A stretch of 64,000 nt of DNA from Candidatus Marinacidobacterales bacterium (GTDB lineage: Bacteria > Acidobacteriota > Vicinamibacteria > Marinacidobacterales > DATDRI01), in contig CBDCNP010000002.1 in the NCBI GenBank assembly GCA_965219415.1, positions 2,976,001-3,040,000 on the forward strand. Reading direction: 5' to 3'. Shown one piece after another: positions 50,211 through 62,003 of the stretch. The translations under genes and the position numbers were made by a program. How positions within the stretch are numbered: position 1 is the stretch's first letter; each line of letters starts with the position of its first letter. The notes below the pieces were generated by a model, which was not told where the DNA came from, did no database searches, and saw only the letters and a list, made by a program, of their open reading frames with translations.

Positions 50211-51641
50211 CGTCCTGTGCCAAAACTCGGCCCTTTTGAAATAGGCCATAAATCAGCAACTTAGTGTCTGTGTTTGCGACCGGGCCAAGGGCCGTGGGCT
50301 TTACAATCGTCTTGGGCGGGCGGGTCGTCACCATGCAGATGACCACCTAGTCGAGAGCGAATATCGAAACGTGTTCCTGAAGCTGTTTCCACGCTACGCT
50401 GGTCGAGCGCACCGAGGGGCTACCGTCGCCAGCAAACATCTACGCGGCACGGCAGTAGTAGTTGAGAATGCCCCCAAGTCGCTCTCGCGACACGATGGGG
50501 CCAGCGTCATTCGCGCTTGCCGGCAGAGGTGTGAGGAGCTCGTTGCCGAGACCTTGGTGGTTCCGTTCTGTGTGATAGTGCACTACGTATTCGGTTACCG
50601 CTGTGCGCAGGTGTCGCTCACTGAGAGGTACGAGGCGATCGAGACACTCTCGACGTATGGAGAGAACGAATCTTTCCGCGTATGCGTTCAGATTCGGACT
50701 ATTGGCGGGAAGGCGGAGGGGCTTCACGCCTGAATCTCTCAACAGCCCACTGTACTGCCTCGGTGAATAGCGGGTCCCGGTCGTGGATGAGGTATCGCTT
50801 GCCAAGGAGGAAACCATCCCACAGGTCAGTGAGGTTTCTTGCCACCTGCTTCATTCCACTCCCCGTTTGGGTCCGAGGTCATCCCACCGATGCACACGCA
50901 GCGAGTGGCGATATCGATGACAAACAGGACATGGTAGCGGACGAGCCCGAACGGGTTCACAACTTCGACGGTGAACAGGTCTGTCGCAGCGATAGTGCCC
51001 CAATGAGCCTTGAGGAAAGTGCTCCACGACATGCTCTTGCCCCGCTCCGGAGCCGGTGCGATACCGTGCTCGGCGAGGAGCCTCTTGATGGTGTTGCGTC
51101 CGAGTTCATGCCCGAGGTTCTTGAGTGCGCCCCGCAGGCGCGTATATCCCCACGTCGGGTTCTCTCGCGCCACGCGCACAATGAGTTCACGGATATCCTT
51201 CGCCGTCGGAGGTCGGCCTGGGCTCCGGTTCTTGCTGCCATCGTACTTGGCTGCGATGAGGCAGCGGTACCAGCGCACAAGCGTAGCGGGTGTGGCAACG
51301 GACGCAATCTGGGCCAGCGCCTCGCGGCCCAAAGCCTGGGCCTTGACGGCAAGCCTGCGCCGCTCTTCGTCAGAGAGCCTGAGACGCTTGCCCCGAAGCC
51401 CGGCTCGGAGCACACGGTTCTCCTCTCGCAGGTAATCAATCACATCCTGCTGCTGGCGGTTGACCCAGCCAGCCACAACGAGTAGTAAGAACCGCACGTG
51501 GTACGTCATCATGGAGCTGAAGATAACACCCTCGGTCCAGACGATTGTAGAGCCTACAGCCCTTGGCCCGGTCGCAAAACACAGACGCTAAGCTGTTGAT
51601 TTATCGGCTATTTCAAAAGGGCCGAGTTTTGGCACAGGACG
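50211..51641 (-). mobile_element. Second rve family A element, transposase frameshifted
   Basis: Same long TIRs; transposase split near 50855 and 50752. Confidence 0.88.
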
Positions 51642-52124
51642 GGGTCGAGCCGATCTGCCGGATGCTCCCGATCGCCCCGTCGACCTATTACGAGCAGAAA
51701 GCGCGAGAGAAGGGCCCAAGCCGCCAGTCAGTCAGCGAGAGCGAAGCGCGACGTCCAACTCTGCGGCGAGATTCGTCGTGTACGGCAAGACAACTTTGAC
51801 GTGTATGGCGTGCGCAAGGTCTGGCGTCAGCTTCGCTGTGAGGGCCGCGACGTGGCTCGATGTACGGTGGCCCGTCTGATGCGTGAAATGGGTCTCCAGG
51901 GGGCGGTCCGTAAACGTCGATTCAAGACGACGAAGCCGGATTCGAGCGGCGCTCGCCCGATGGACCTCGTGGAGCACGACTTCAACGCCACACGCCCGAA
52001 CGAGCTCTAGGTCTCGGACCTGACCTACGTTGCCACGTGGCGCGGCTTCGTGTATGTCGCCTTCGTCATCGACGTCTTCGCTCGACTCATCGTCGGTTGG
52101 CGAGCGACGACATCGTTGACTGCC
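51642..52124 (+). pseudogene. IS3-family orfB fragment
   Basis: GVEPICRMLPIAPSTYY, YGVRKVWRQL, *VSDLTYV, IDVFARLIVGW; internal stop; both ends cut by rve elements. Confidence 0.85.
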
Positions 52125-53410
52125 TGTCCATCATCATTATTTGTCCGGGACTGGACTCTAGGCCCGGACTGCCCTCGAGCACATGCTGGAGAGCGTGGTC
52201 AGCGCGCGAGGGAAGGTGCTGAGGACGAACTTCTCGGCGACCGGCCGAGTAACGCGAGCGACCAAGCTGACTCAGGCTGCCTCTCGCCACTCGTATCGAT
52301 GGTGCAATCCACCGACTCGCGGCAGTGCGACTACTTTCGCCGTAGGAGACGGTCGGTGCGTGACCGTTCTCAAGCTCGGTGTGTCCTTGTTCAGCCCCAA
52401 GTGGCAACGGTCCTCATGATAGTAGCTGATGTAAGCTCGCACGAGCCGGATGAGATGACATGCACCGAGAACCACGACGTGCTCAAGGAGCTCGCGACGG
52501 CAGCTGCCGACCCACCGCTCCGCGGTTCCGTTTTGCCATGGGCTGCGAAACGAAGTGCGAACGGGTTTTGTGCCCGTTGCCTTGATGAACTCGATGACCG
52601 CAGCGTTAAAGATGAAGTCGCGATCGAAGATGAGATATCTCGGAGCGGTGTCGTAGGGAAACGCCTCGCGTAGTTGCTGAATAACCCAAGCAGACGTCCG
52701 GGTGGAACGTGGCGTTGAAGTGAACGATGTGCCGACGGCCGTGCTCGATGACGAAGAAGCCGTACAGCAGCCGGAGCGACGCGGTGGGCACGGTGAACAG
52801 ATCCATGGCGGCGATATCGTCTTTATGGTTGCGCAAGAAAGCCATCCATCGCTTCAGCTGGTCGGGCTCCGCGGGATGTCGCGGCAGGTATCGCGACACC
52901 GTGCTCTCGGAGATGATGAAACCGAGCTTGGTGAGCTCAGCATGGATGCGTGGCGCCCCCCAGCCGTCTTGCGCCATCGTGCGGACGAGGCGGCGAATCT
53001 CGGCATCAATCCGAGGCCGACCGGGATGGTGGCGCTGCGAGATCTTTGCCCAGTACCGTCGGAATCGGTCGCGATGCCAACGGGCCACGGTGTCCGCGTG
53101 GACGATGAGCAGGCGGCTCGCCCACACGGGCCACGAACCTCGAAGAGCAACCCAGAAAGCCCGTTCCGTGTCGTCGAGCGGTGGGCGTGGGCGCTCTTTC
53201 TTCAGCGCCGTCACTTGCTGCCGCAAAGCGACGTTCTCCAACACCAGGTCGGCGCGGCGCCGACACATCGCCCGAATGACACGGACGCCAAGTGAGACGA
53301 GGAAGACAACAACGTCGAGCATAGCGGCGGAGTTTCGCCGTCTTCGGCCCGGAATTCAAGCGGAGCGTAAGTCCTTGATTTCGTGGACGGAGCAGTTTTG
53401 ACGATGCACA
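52125..53410 (-). mobile_element. Second rve family B element, frameshift near 52697
   Basis: Near-identical to 43300-44584 with one extra base. Confidence 0.88.
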
Positions 53411-53586
53411 CCCGGCAGCGGGCCGGGAAAGCCGACGCTGCCCCACTGCCGCTGGCGGGGAGTTCGACGCGGCCAGTGTCGCGGCCGGCGACCAGATGCG
53501 AGTCCTGCGGCTTCGAGCACCGGGCGCTGACGCGCTGTCCCCGCTGCGGCGCGCCGCGGCGCTGAGACCGCGCGGGGGTGCGGCTT

Positions 53587-55248
53587 CTACGTCGACTCCG
53601 CGCCGTCCTCATCGTCGAGTGGTTCGAGTTCGGCGGAGAGTTCCGCGTCCTCGGCTTCAATCTCTTCGGTGAGCGCCGGGAGCTCGAGAATTCGTGCGGC
53701 CTCGCCGTCGGGCATCCGCTCGACGGTACGAAGCTTTCGCTCCATCGCGCGGCTGCGAACACCCGTCTGCTCGATCGTGCGGCTGGCGCTGTTGAGCTGG
53801 CGCCTGACTTTATCGAGAACGCCGCCGAACTTGTCGAACTCGGTTCTCACGGCGCCCAGGATTCTCCACACCTGCGCGGCGCGCTGCTCGATGGCCATGG
53901 TCTGAAAACCCATCTGCAAGCTGGTGAGGATCGCCGCCAGCGTCGTCGGTCCGGTGATCATAACGCGATAGCGTTGCTGGAGCTCACCAACGAGATCGGG
54001 CTGGCGGAGGACTTCGGCGTAAAGACCTTCAGTGGCAAGGAACATGATCCCGAAGTCGGTCGTGGCTGGTGGTTTCAAGTACTTCTCGTTGATGGCCTTC
54101 GCCGCCGCTCTGACCGTGCGCGAGAGTGCGTCTATGGCTCTAAGCGTTGCATCGGCGTCGGCCGCTTCTGCAGCATCCTGTAAGCGCAGATAGTCTTCCT
54201 GCGGGAACTTGGAGTCGATGGGAAGCCAGACACAGGAGGTTGGATCGTCCTGCGGGCCTGGCAGGCGCACGGCGTATTCGACGGTCTCGGTTGAGTCGGG
54301 TGCGGGACGAACATTCTTTTCATACTGACCCGGAGCGAGGACCTGCGCAAGAATTGCGCCGAGTTGGACTTCACCCCATGTGCCGCGCGCCTTGACGTTG
54401 CTCAGGACTCTTTTCAGGTCGCCCACGCCGCTTGCCAGGGTCTGCATTTCACCGAGGCCCTTATGGACTGATTCGAGACGCTCGCTGACCAGCTTGAAGG
54501 ATTCGCCAAGCCGCTTTTCAAGTGTGTCGTGGAGTTTCTCATCGACGGTCTTGCGCATTTCACCGAGCTTTCTTTCGTTGCCCTCCTGCAACTCCTTGAC
54601 GCGTGTATCTAGCAGATCGCGCACCTGACGCATGCCGGCGTGGTTGGAGTCGGTCATCTCCTTGAGCTGCGCTGTCATCGTGCCGAGCTTCTCATCCAGG
54701 CTTGTCCGAATCTCGGAGAGCTTCTTCTCGTTGCCTTGCTGCAGTTCCTTGACACGCGCATCAAGCAGGCCGCGCAGCTGCTCCAGCGTGGCGTGGTTTG
54801 CATCGGCCGTCTCTTTCAGCTGGGTTGTCATTGCGCCGAGCCGCTCATCGAGGCTGGCGCGGATCTCCGAGAGCTTCTTTTCGTTGCTCTCCTGGAGTGC
54901 TTTGGCCTGAGACTCGGCGGCCGCGCGGATGCGCTCGAGCGATGCCTGGCTCGAGTCGGTCAAATCCTTCAACTGCGTGGTCATGCCGGTGAGCTGGGTC
55001 TGCTGAAGAGCGCCCATGCTCTTCAGCGAGCGGACAAGCGTCTCGTCGCCGGCTTTGAGGCCGGCAACCAGTTCCTCGCGGAGCCGGGCGGCGGTCTGCT
55101 GCGCTTCCTCGCGGCCCATCCTGAGCTCGTCTCGCACCGTGCCGGCGGCACTGTCGAATGCGCGGGATTGGCGTACGAGAACCATGGCCACGAGAACTAT
55201 GGTGGCGATGATGCCGAGGAGACCCAGTACGATGAGGCCGTTGCTCAT
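53587..55248 (-). CDS. rmuC: DNA recombination protein RmuC with expanded coiled coil
   Basis: N-terminal TM helix, KARGTWGEVQL, LPIDSKFP, FLATEGLY, GPTTL motifs. Confidence 0.93.
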   Translation of the reverse strand: MSNGLIVLGLLGIIATIVLVAMVLVRQSRAFDSAAGTVRDELRMGREEAQQTAARLREELVAGLKAGDETLVRSLKSMGALQQTQLTGMTTQLKDLTDSSQASLERIRAAAESQAKALQESNEKKLSEIRASLDERLGAMTTQLKETADANHATLEQLRGLLDARVKELQQGNEKKLSEIRTSLDEKLGTMTAQLKEMTDSNHAGMRQVRDLLDTRVKELQEGNERKLGEMRKTVDEKLHDTLEKRLGESFKLVSERLESVHKGLGEMQTLASGVGDLKRVLSNVKARGTWGEVQLGAILAQVLAPGQYEKNVRPAPDSTETVEYAVRLPGPQDDPTSCVWLPIDSKFPQEDYLRLQDAAEAADADATLRAIDALSRTVRAAAKAINEKYLKPPATTDFGIMFLATEGLYAEVLRQPDLVGELQQRYRVMITGPTTLAAILTSLQMGFQTMAIEQRAAQVWRILGAVRTEFDKFGGVLDKVRRQLNSASRTIEQTGVRSRAMERKLRTVERMPDGEAARILELPALTEEIEAEDAELSAELEPLDDEDGAEST

Positions 55249-55303
55249 GACTCGCTCCAGATTGGCAAAAGTTGCGCGCCGTTGGGTAAAGAACGCTCAC
55301 TCG

Positions 55304-55425
55304 GGATGTGTCCCGAGGTTCGTGGAAAAAGAACGGCGCCCTCCACTCCGCCATTAGGGTATCAGATCGGGCGGCAGCCTCCGCGTGTTCGAGAACCTCG
55401 CTCAGACGTTGGTAGCCGTCGATGT
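55304..55425 (-). mobile_element. IS256 right-end remnant
   Basis: Matches 9628-9750; a more degenerate copy lies near 34519-34580. Confidence 0.8.
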
Positions 55426-55832
55426 GGGAGACTAATCAAGTTCGGGGCGCGCGGATGAATAAATAGAACGCACAACCAGCAACGGCGATAATTCACCAAA
55501 TTCCTCACGCTGGAGTCGGACCTAAGTTCGGGGGAAGGTCAAAGAAGCCTTTGGAAAGGTGCAAACTGCTGACCCGCTGGGCGTTCGAGTATTTTGACCA
55601 GACGGGTTCCGTTCTGTGTGATAGGGTGCTTCCGCCATCAAGTGTTGGTGAGATGACGCTAAGACTTTACAGTGCATTAAGTTACAGTCAAAATAGCGCT
55701 TGTGACCTTCGCCGCGCGCTAAATGGAGCGTAAGTGCCCCTTTTGCAAAGGGATACGTACACATCACCAACAGTAAACAGCGGAAGCACCCATCGGATAG
55801 AGGCGACACAGTCGAAAGCACGGAGGCAAATC

Positions 55833-56087
55833 GTGAGCGACATGACACCGGAAGAAATGCAGAAAGAACTGGAGCGCTTGCAAGCTGAGAATGAAACGCT
55901 CAAGAAGCGCAGTGAAAGAGAGCTCTCCCTCAAAGTCAGCCAGAAGGGCGGCGTCTCCGTTTACGGACTGGGCCGTTTCCCGGTGACCTTATATAAGGAG
56001 CAGTGGGAGAAACTGCTCGAGATGACAGATGACATCCGCGCCTTCATTCAAGAAAACAAAGCACAGCTCAAGACCAAGGATTCGTAA
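55833..56087 (+). CDS. Conserved hypothetical protein
   Basis: GGAGG RBS; coiled coil followed by LKVSQKGGVSVYGLGRFPVTLYKEQW. Confidence 0.8.
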   Translation: MSDMTPEEMQKELERLQAENETLKKRSERELSLKVSQKGGVSVYGLGRFPVTLYKEQWEKLLEMTDDIRAFIQENKAQLKTKDS

Positions 56088-56362
56088 CTCGTTTTCTTGA
56101 GACCGCAGGCCGGCACCTAGGGTCGTCTCGGAGCGTCAGAGCTGGCCTTCGGCAAGTTGGTGCTCCGGAAACGCTCGCTGGCGCACGGAGGCAGCGGGGC
56201 GTAGGTGGACGCGTTGACTTGGATCGCTGGCGTAGATGGCTGCCAAGGTGGGTGGGCGTGAGGTCAAAATACTCATGCGGCTTCCCGACGGTAGAAACGT
56301 GGCAACCCTCCTCTCCTTCAGTCTCCATCTTCTTTCTGCATGGCTCGTTCTTCCATGCGCTC

Positions 56363-56668
56363 TTATTCGCTGAGCACACGCACAACCGCCTCGGGGTCGC
56401 GGTCGATGACGGCTAACAAGACGCGGGCGGCGCGATCTGGAACACGGCGCCCCTGTTCCCATTCCTGCACGGCACGCGCGTCGAGGCCGAATCGGTCCGC
56501 GAACTTCTGGCGACTCAACTTCATACGCTTCCGTAGCGCACGAATATGCTCTGCGGCGGGATCGTCGACAATGCGGCGCGGCAGGTCCACTTCGCCACGC
56601 ACATGGGCAAGAACCTCGCCCAAGGCTGCCTCTACCTCCCGGCCCATCGGGGTTCGTTCCTTCGTCAT
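56363..56668 (-). CDS. HigA-like XRE antitoxin
   Basis: IRALR..M.LSR.KFA.RFG.....VQEWEQGRR.PD.AARVLL; ATGA overlap with the toxin gene. Confidence 0.9.
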   Translation of the reverse strand: MTKERTPMGREVEAALGEVLAHVRGEVDLPRRIVDDPAAEHIRALRKRMKLSRQKFADRFGLDARAVQEWEQGRRVPDRAARVLLAVIDRDPEAVVRVLSE

Positions 56669-57018
56669 CGGATTGCCTCCTCTTTTTTGATCGCGGCCAC
56701 CAGCCGCGACAGAATTTTCCTGTCCACTGGAGTCAGGTCATCACGGTCGGCCTTCGCATAGACTGTCAGCATGTAGATTGCTTCCGGTCCCGCGTGATGG
56801 AAGTAAATCGTCCGGATTCCACCTCGCTTTCCCCGTCCCGATCCTGTCCAACGTAACTTGCGAATACCTCCCGTTCCCCGGAGCAAGGGCGCTCTGTCGG
56901 GATCGGCAACGATGGCCGCCTCCATTTTCTGGCGGTCCACTTCCGACATGAGCTTGCGAACGGCGCGCTCGTAAGTTCTGGTGGCGAAGATTCGCACAGA
57001 CCTTAAATTATGCGGCAT
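56665..57018 (-). CDS. RelE/HigB-family toxin
   Basis: GTGGIRKLRW..SGRGKRGGIRTIYF...LTVYAK. Confidence 0.9.
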   Translation of the reverse strand: MPHNLRSVRIFATRTYERAVRKLMSEVDRQKMEAAIVADPDRAPLLRGTGGIRKLRWTGSGRGKRGGIRTIYFHHAGPEAIYMLTVYAKADRDDLTPVDRKILSRLVAAIKKEEAIR

Positions 57019-57069
57019 TGCCGCATCGTAATCAAGAGTGGTCTCACTGACCTGCCCCCCTGAAACGGG

Positions 57070-57460
57070 CGTGAGGTCAAAATACTCATGCGGCTTCCCG
57101 ATGGTAGAAACGTAAGCAACCCGCCAAGCCGTTCACGGGAGCGCACCTGGCGCTCGGACCGAGGTAACGGGTCGCTGGCTGAGAACAGCAGCAGATTCTC
57201 CTTGCCTTGATGATTCCTCTCACGGTGATGGTAGATGACGTACTCCCTAAGCGCATGACGGAGCGACTTCTCGCCGAACAGGATGAGCTTTGAGAGACAT
57301 TCCTCTTTGAGTGAGTTTACCCAGCGCTCCGCAAACGAGTTCAAATCCGGGCTCCGTGCGGGCAGCTTGACGGGCGCGACGCCAACCCGTGAGGTCAAAA
57401 TACTCATGCGGCTTCCCGATGGTAGAAACGGAGCAACCCGCCAAGCCGTTCACGGGAGCT
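57070..57460 (-). mobile_element. Tandem 3' remnants of rve family C element
   Basis: Two CGTGAGGTCAAAATAC ends (57070, 57388) with a transposase C-terminus. Confidence 0.8.
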
Positions 57461-57625
57461 GTGCCTTCTCTTTATTCATCCGCGCGCACCGAACTCGATT
57501 AGTCTCCGGTCTGCCGGCTGTAATCCGCAAAAAAGAAGATCGCGGACCCTGGACCGACTTGTTGCGGAGCACAATCGCCTCATTTAGCAGTACTGCGGAC
57601 GGTGCTGCTGTCATACAATGACGAG

Positions 57626-57976
57626 ATGCCAAAACTAACTGTGGAAGGGTATGGCATGTTCGAGGTCGCCGAAGGGAAGCGCCTCGTGAACGCCATCGAA
57701 CACGACGCCAAGGTGGATATCATGCACGCGTGCGGCGGATTTGCACAGTGCACGACGTGTCGAGTGGAATTCATCGACGGAGAACCCCAGCGCTTCACGG
57801 CTGCTGAGAAGCAGCGACTGTCCGATCGGGGCTTGACCGGTGTCCGCTTGTCCTGTCAGATCGTCTGCGACCACGACATGAGTGTTCGAGCAGTCAGCCG
57901 ACTCGAAGGGACGGGGCGTCCAGACCCCGGTGGCACGCCGCAGGAGACGATCACTCCGCCGCCGGAGTGGACTTGA
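57626..57976 (+). CDS. 2Fe-2S ferredoxin
   Basis: HACGGFAQCTTCRV...RLSCQ. Confidence 0.9.
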   Translation: MPKLTVEGYGMFEVAEGKRLVNAIEHDAKVDIMHACGGFAQCTTCRVEFIDGEPQRFTAAEKQRLSDRGLTGVRLSCQIVCDHDMSVRAVSRLEGTGRPDPGGTPQETITPPPEWT

Positions 57977-58491
57977 GGGTCGTCGCGTCCAAAAACACAA
58001 ACGGCGTCTGGTCCAAATATTCGAACGCCCAGCGGGTCAGCAGTTTGCACCTTCCCAAAGACCCGAGGTGGTGAGTTCGTTCGTATTTTTGGACACGACG
58101 AGGCACAGGGCTGAGTCTTGGAACAGGACGGGGTCAATTCAGTCGGCTCTACTCAACTCAGGGGTAGAGATCCAGAGTGCACCGTAATCACTTGTACCGA
58201 ACCCGTCCTGTGCCAAAACTCAGCCCAGCCGGCATCGACGAAAGAACTGCGCCTCTCGAAATCAGGCTAAGACTCTAGCACGCGAACAGGTTACGCGGCG
58301 GCCGCCAACACTTGACTGCGGAAGCACCCATCGGTGCATCGGTTGCGTGTCCTTCATCATCATCATAATCGGCACCCTGAGCATCAGCGGGGGAACCGTC
58401 CGGCGCAGCGGGCTTCTGGTCAGGCTCCATCGTTGTCATCCGCCTTGATTCGGCCACGGGTGCTCCGCGATAGACGGGGCGGACACGAACT

Positions 58492-58832
58492 CTATGCAGT
58501 CGGACGCGGATGCCTCGCCGCCGATAGCGTCTTCTGAACTCTCCGCAGAAAATCGGGTGATTTCAGCATTTCGCTACTAAAGTGAGGATCGGAGGGGAGC
58601 ACTAAGTCGCATACACGTCCATTCTTATCCAGTTTGTAGAATATGACAGTGGCTTGTCTATCGGGAGCCTTTCCTTCGTGAGCTTCTCCTTTTGCTTGTG
58701 CCCCCCACCTCTCGGGGAACCGCCGCGCGAGCAGCCACATCGAAGCCTCGCAGTTCGGCGGGCTAAACTTCGACACGATCTCGGCGGACTTGACCTTCCC
58801 GTCTTTCAACCGGCCGTTTAGGATTTCGCCGC
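58492..58832 (-). pseudogene. Duplicate 3' part of the terminase-small-like repeat protein
   Basis: Near-identical to 31666-31990 but with a natural stop codon. Confidence 0.8.
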
Positions 58833-58979
58833 TGTGCCTTCTATTTATTCATCCGCCAGCCCATGGGTCGGAAGTCAGCCCTGCGGCGCGAAATAGCCTG
58901 GATTCTGCGCCGATTCCAACGGCGTCTAAGCTGCTGATTTGTGGCCTATTTCAAAAGGGCCGAGTTTTGGCACAGGACG
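58833..58979 (-). mobile_element. ~147-bp mini-element copy
   Basis: Reverse complement of 215-361. Confidence 0.85.
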
Positions 58980-59072
58980 GGGTCCGGACCGAGTTGGGTT
59001 CATCGACGGGCTCTGCAGTTATCCTCCCACGACAGGTTCTGGTGTATGCTCAGCACAACCGAGAGGGTTTTC

Positions 59073-59403
59073 ATGTCGAAGCTAACAGAGCTTCTTGTGA
59101 ATGGGGCGCGTATCCGCATCGTCGCCGACCCAGACGCCAGCCTCCTGAGTGTATTGCGGGAGCAGACCGACCTCACAGGTGCCAAGTACGGGTGCGGCGA
59201 GGGGCAATGCGGTGCCTGTACGGTATTGCTCGATGATTCCCCAATCCGGTCCTGTCTTATACCGGTTCGCGCCACGGTAGGTAGACAGATCACCACCATC
59301 GAGGGCCTGGAAAACCAAGGCAAGCTTCATCCGGTACAGGAAGCCTTTCTCGAGATGGGTGCGCTGCAGTGTGGGTACTGTACGCCGGGGATGATCCTAT
59401 CCG
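59073..59403 (+). pseudogene. CoxS/CutS-like (2Fe-2S) subunit, 3'-truncated
   Basis: GAKYGCGEGQCGACTV, ITTIEGL, QCGYCTPGMI; cut by the element end at 59404. Confidence 0.88.
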
Positions 59404-59959
59404 CGTGAGGTCAAAATACTTATGCGGCTTCCCGATGGTAGAAACGTAGCAACCCCGTCCTGTGCCAAAACTCGGCCCCTTTAGAAATAGACCACAAATC
59501 AGCAGCTTAGACGCCCTTGGAATCCGCGCAGAATCGAGGGTATTTCGCGCCGCAGGGCTGGCTTCTGACCTGTCCCTTCCATTTAATCCATCCGAGCGGA
59601 AATCGATAACCGTGATCGCTCGGCGTCTGGCTGGTCATTCGCCCTGTCCCCGGTAGGGTCGAGGGCTGGCGCGGTGCTCCGTAGGCGCGGGTGCTTCCGC
59701 CATTAAGTGTTGGTGAGATGACGCTAAGACTTTACGCTGCATTAAATTACAGCCAAAATAGCGCTTGCGACCTTCGCTGCGCGCCAAATGGAGCGTAAGC
59801 GCTTTTTTTGCAAAGGGATACGTACACATCACCAACAGCAAGCAGCGCAAGCACCCCTTTCTCAACTTGTCTGCACTCACTTCGTAGATGGCCATGGATT
59901 TCTAGAGGCATTTTAAAGCAGCCTGCTGCTAGAATGCTCGCGATGTCGAGAGGGTAAAG

Positions 59960-60328
59960 ATGAACAAGAAGCTCGTTGGGTACTGGGTGACGACCGCTTT
60001 GTTCTGCTTGGTCATGACGGCCGACGGCGTCGCGAGCCTGCTGCGTATCGAGCAGCAGCAAGCCATCATGGAAGTCCTCGGCTACCCGCCATATCTGATG
60101 ACGCTCCTCGGCATCCTCAAGCTCCTGGGAGTCGTCGCTCTTCTCGCACCTGGTTTCGCGCGTCTCAAGGAGTGGGCCTACGCTGGATTCAGTTTCGACC
60201 TCATTGGAGCCGCGTTCTCGTTTGCCGCGGCGGGAGATCCGACCCCGGCGGGCATCGCGCCTCCCTTACTCATCCTGGCCGTGGTAGCTGTGTCCTACGT
60301 CCTGCGACCCGAGTCGCGGCGGCTCTGA
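59960..60328 (+). CDS. DoxX family membrane protein
   Basis: LGYP.Y...LG..KLLG...RLKEWAYAGF.F. Confidence 0.9.
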   Translation: MNKKLVGYWVTTALFCLVMTADGVASLLRIEQQQAIMEVLGYPPYLMTLLGILKLLGVVALLAPGFARLKEWAYAGFSFDLIGAAFSFAAAGDPTPAGIAPPLLILAVVAVSYVLRPESRRL

Positions 60329-60440
60329 CCACTGTCTCGGCGTTCGCTTCGACGCCGTCCAGCCGCTAGAATCTTCCCTCCACCCGATTCCGCCGATCTT
60401 CTTTTTTGCGGATCACACCAGAAAAAGACAGTCCAGCGTC

Positions 60441-61523
60441 GTGACCGAGGCCATCGTCAACGCTGTGGCGCATCGCGACTACACGAGCCACGGCAGTGTG
60501 CAGGTGATGCTCTTCGCGGACCGGTTGGAAGTCTGGAATCCGGGCAGGTTGTCGCCGCAGCTGACACTTGAGAAGCTGCGTGTCGCGCACGGGTCGGTGC
60601 CCGGCAACCCCTTGCTGGCGGAGTCGTTGTACCTTGCCGAATACATCGAACGGATGGGCACCGGAACGCTGGACATGATCCGCCGCTGCGTCGAGACGGG
60701 CTTGCCGGAACCCGAGTTCGCCGTCACCGATGGATTCGTCACGACAGTTCGGCGGGTGCAGCGTCGCGCCGGCATTGTCACGGCGTATTGCGACCACGAA
60801 CCGGTGGCAGACGTCGACATACTGGCACTGTTTCCCAACAACACTTGGACACGCTCAACAACCGACGAACACGGAGAGGCACGTATCGAGTTGTACTCCA
60901 CCTATCTTCCGATGACGGTATTCGTGGCTGCGAAGGATTTCGCCGCACACATTGAGCACGATTGGACACCAGCGGAACGTACACTCTCCCTCGAACTGAA
61001 GGAAGTTGCCGGTGGCGGGGCCGTTATCTTCCCCGAGGCGACCGGCTACCTTCCGGGACTTAAAGGAAGACTTAATCCCATTCGGGATGCGCATGATCGA
61101 ACGTATCTCTACGCTTCCAACATCGCCATCAACGAGGGCCAACCGCAGCCGGTTCACTTCGACCTTAACGAGGATCTGCGCCTCACGGACGCAGACGAGA
61201 ACGAAATGCTTGCGCGCATCATCGATATCGTGGGCCGATCGGTACTGGTGGAATATCGTGCGACGCAGAGTCAAGCTGGGCGGCAGCCAGAGTTACAGCC
61301 AGAGTTACAGCCGGAGTTACAGTCAGAGTTACAGTCAGAGTTACAGTCAGAGTTACAGTCAGAGTTACAGCCAGAGTTACAGCCAGAGTCGCTAGAGGTG
61401 AAAGTGCTCAACCTCCTGACGGGAAGGCAGATGTCAAAGGCCGATCTGTCGAGAAACTTGGGCGTTTGGTCAAGAAATTCGTCCGTCACTTCGATCGCGT
61501 GGCACGACCCGAATACGGGTTGA
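60441..61523 (+). pseudogene. C-terminal part of AlbA/RecG-C (HATPase_c_4) ATP-binding regulator
   Basis: EAIVNAVAHRDY, DRLEVWNPG, SVPGNP, IERMGTG; N-terminus missing and HTH truncated. Confidence 0.8.
61284..61391 (+). repeat. 9 x 12-bp tandem repeat CAG(C/T)CAGAGTTA encoding Q(P/S)EL
   Basis: Read directly; in-frame linker repeat. Confidence 0.95.
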
Positions 61524-61542
61524 CACGGCCGTGTTACACGAA

Positions 61543-62003
61543 TTACTCCGGCTCAACAAGGCTACGTGTGATCGCCGACCAATACAGGAATAGGCCGACG
61601 ATACTGAGACTGCCGAAAATGAACACCGCTTCAAGGCGCCCAGACAGACCCCAAAACCAGAATGAGTCCTCGGTGCCTTCCAGGTATCGGACCAGATTAT
61701 CGGCAAACGCCGCGAAGAAGAGCATCGAGCTCCAGTAGAGCGGGCCGTGATGCTGACCGAGTGGGTTGACTTCGTCCCGGGAGGGTCTTTCCCTGGCCTC
61801 AGCAAAGGACAGATAGCCAAAGCCCGTGACTATGTAAGCGATATTGAAGCCGACAAAGATCAAGATGGGTAGTGATACTCGCCACCACGACCAGTCGCTG
61901 AAAACGGCCAGCTTAAGGAGTGCCACGATCAAAGTGAGGGCGCCGAAGACAAAGAACCCGGTGGTCTGAATTTCCTTCTCGCCGGCCGTGGCTCCAGTTT
62001 TCA
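61543..62003 (-). CDS. Small membrane protein
   Basis: Four hydrophobic segments, LKL...DWSWWRV.LP; its ATG overlaps the transposase stop. Confidence 0.6.

Noticed and set aside
61006-61395. ORF with an SQSY repeat, or the 12-bp repeat as a functional array
   Set aside because: Alternate frame of an in-frame QPEL/QSEL linker VNTR typical of this protein family; there are no spacers
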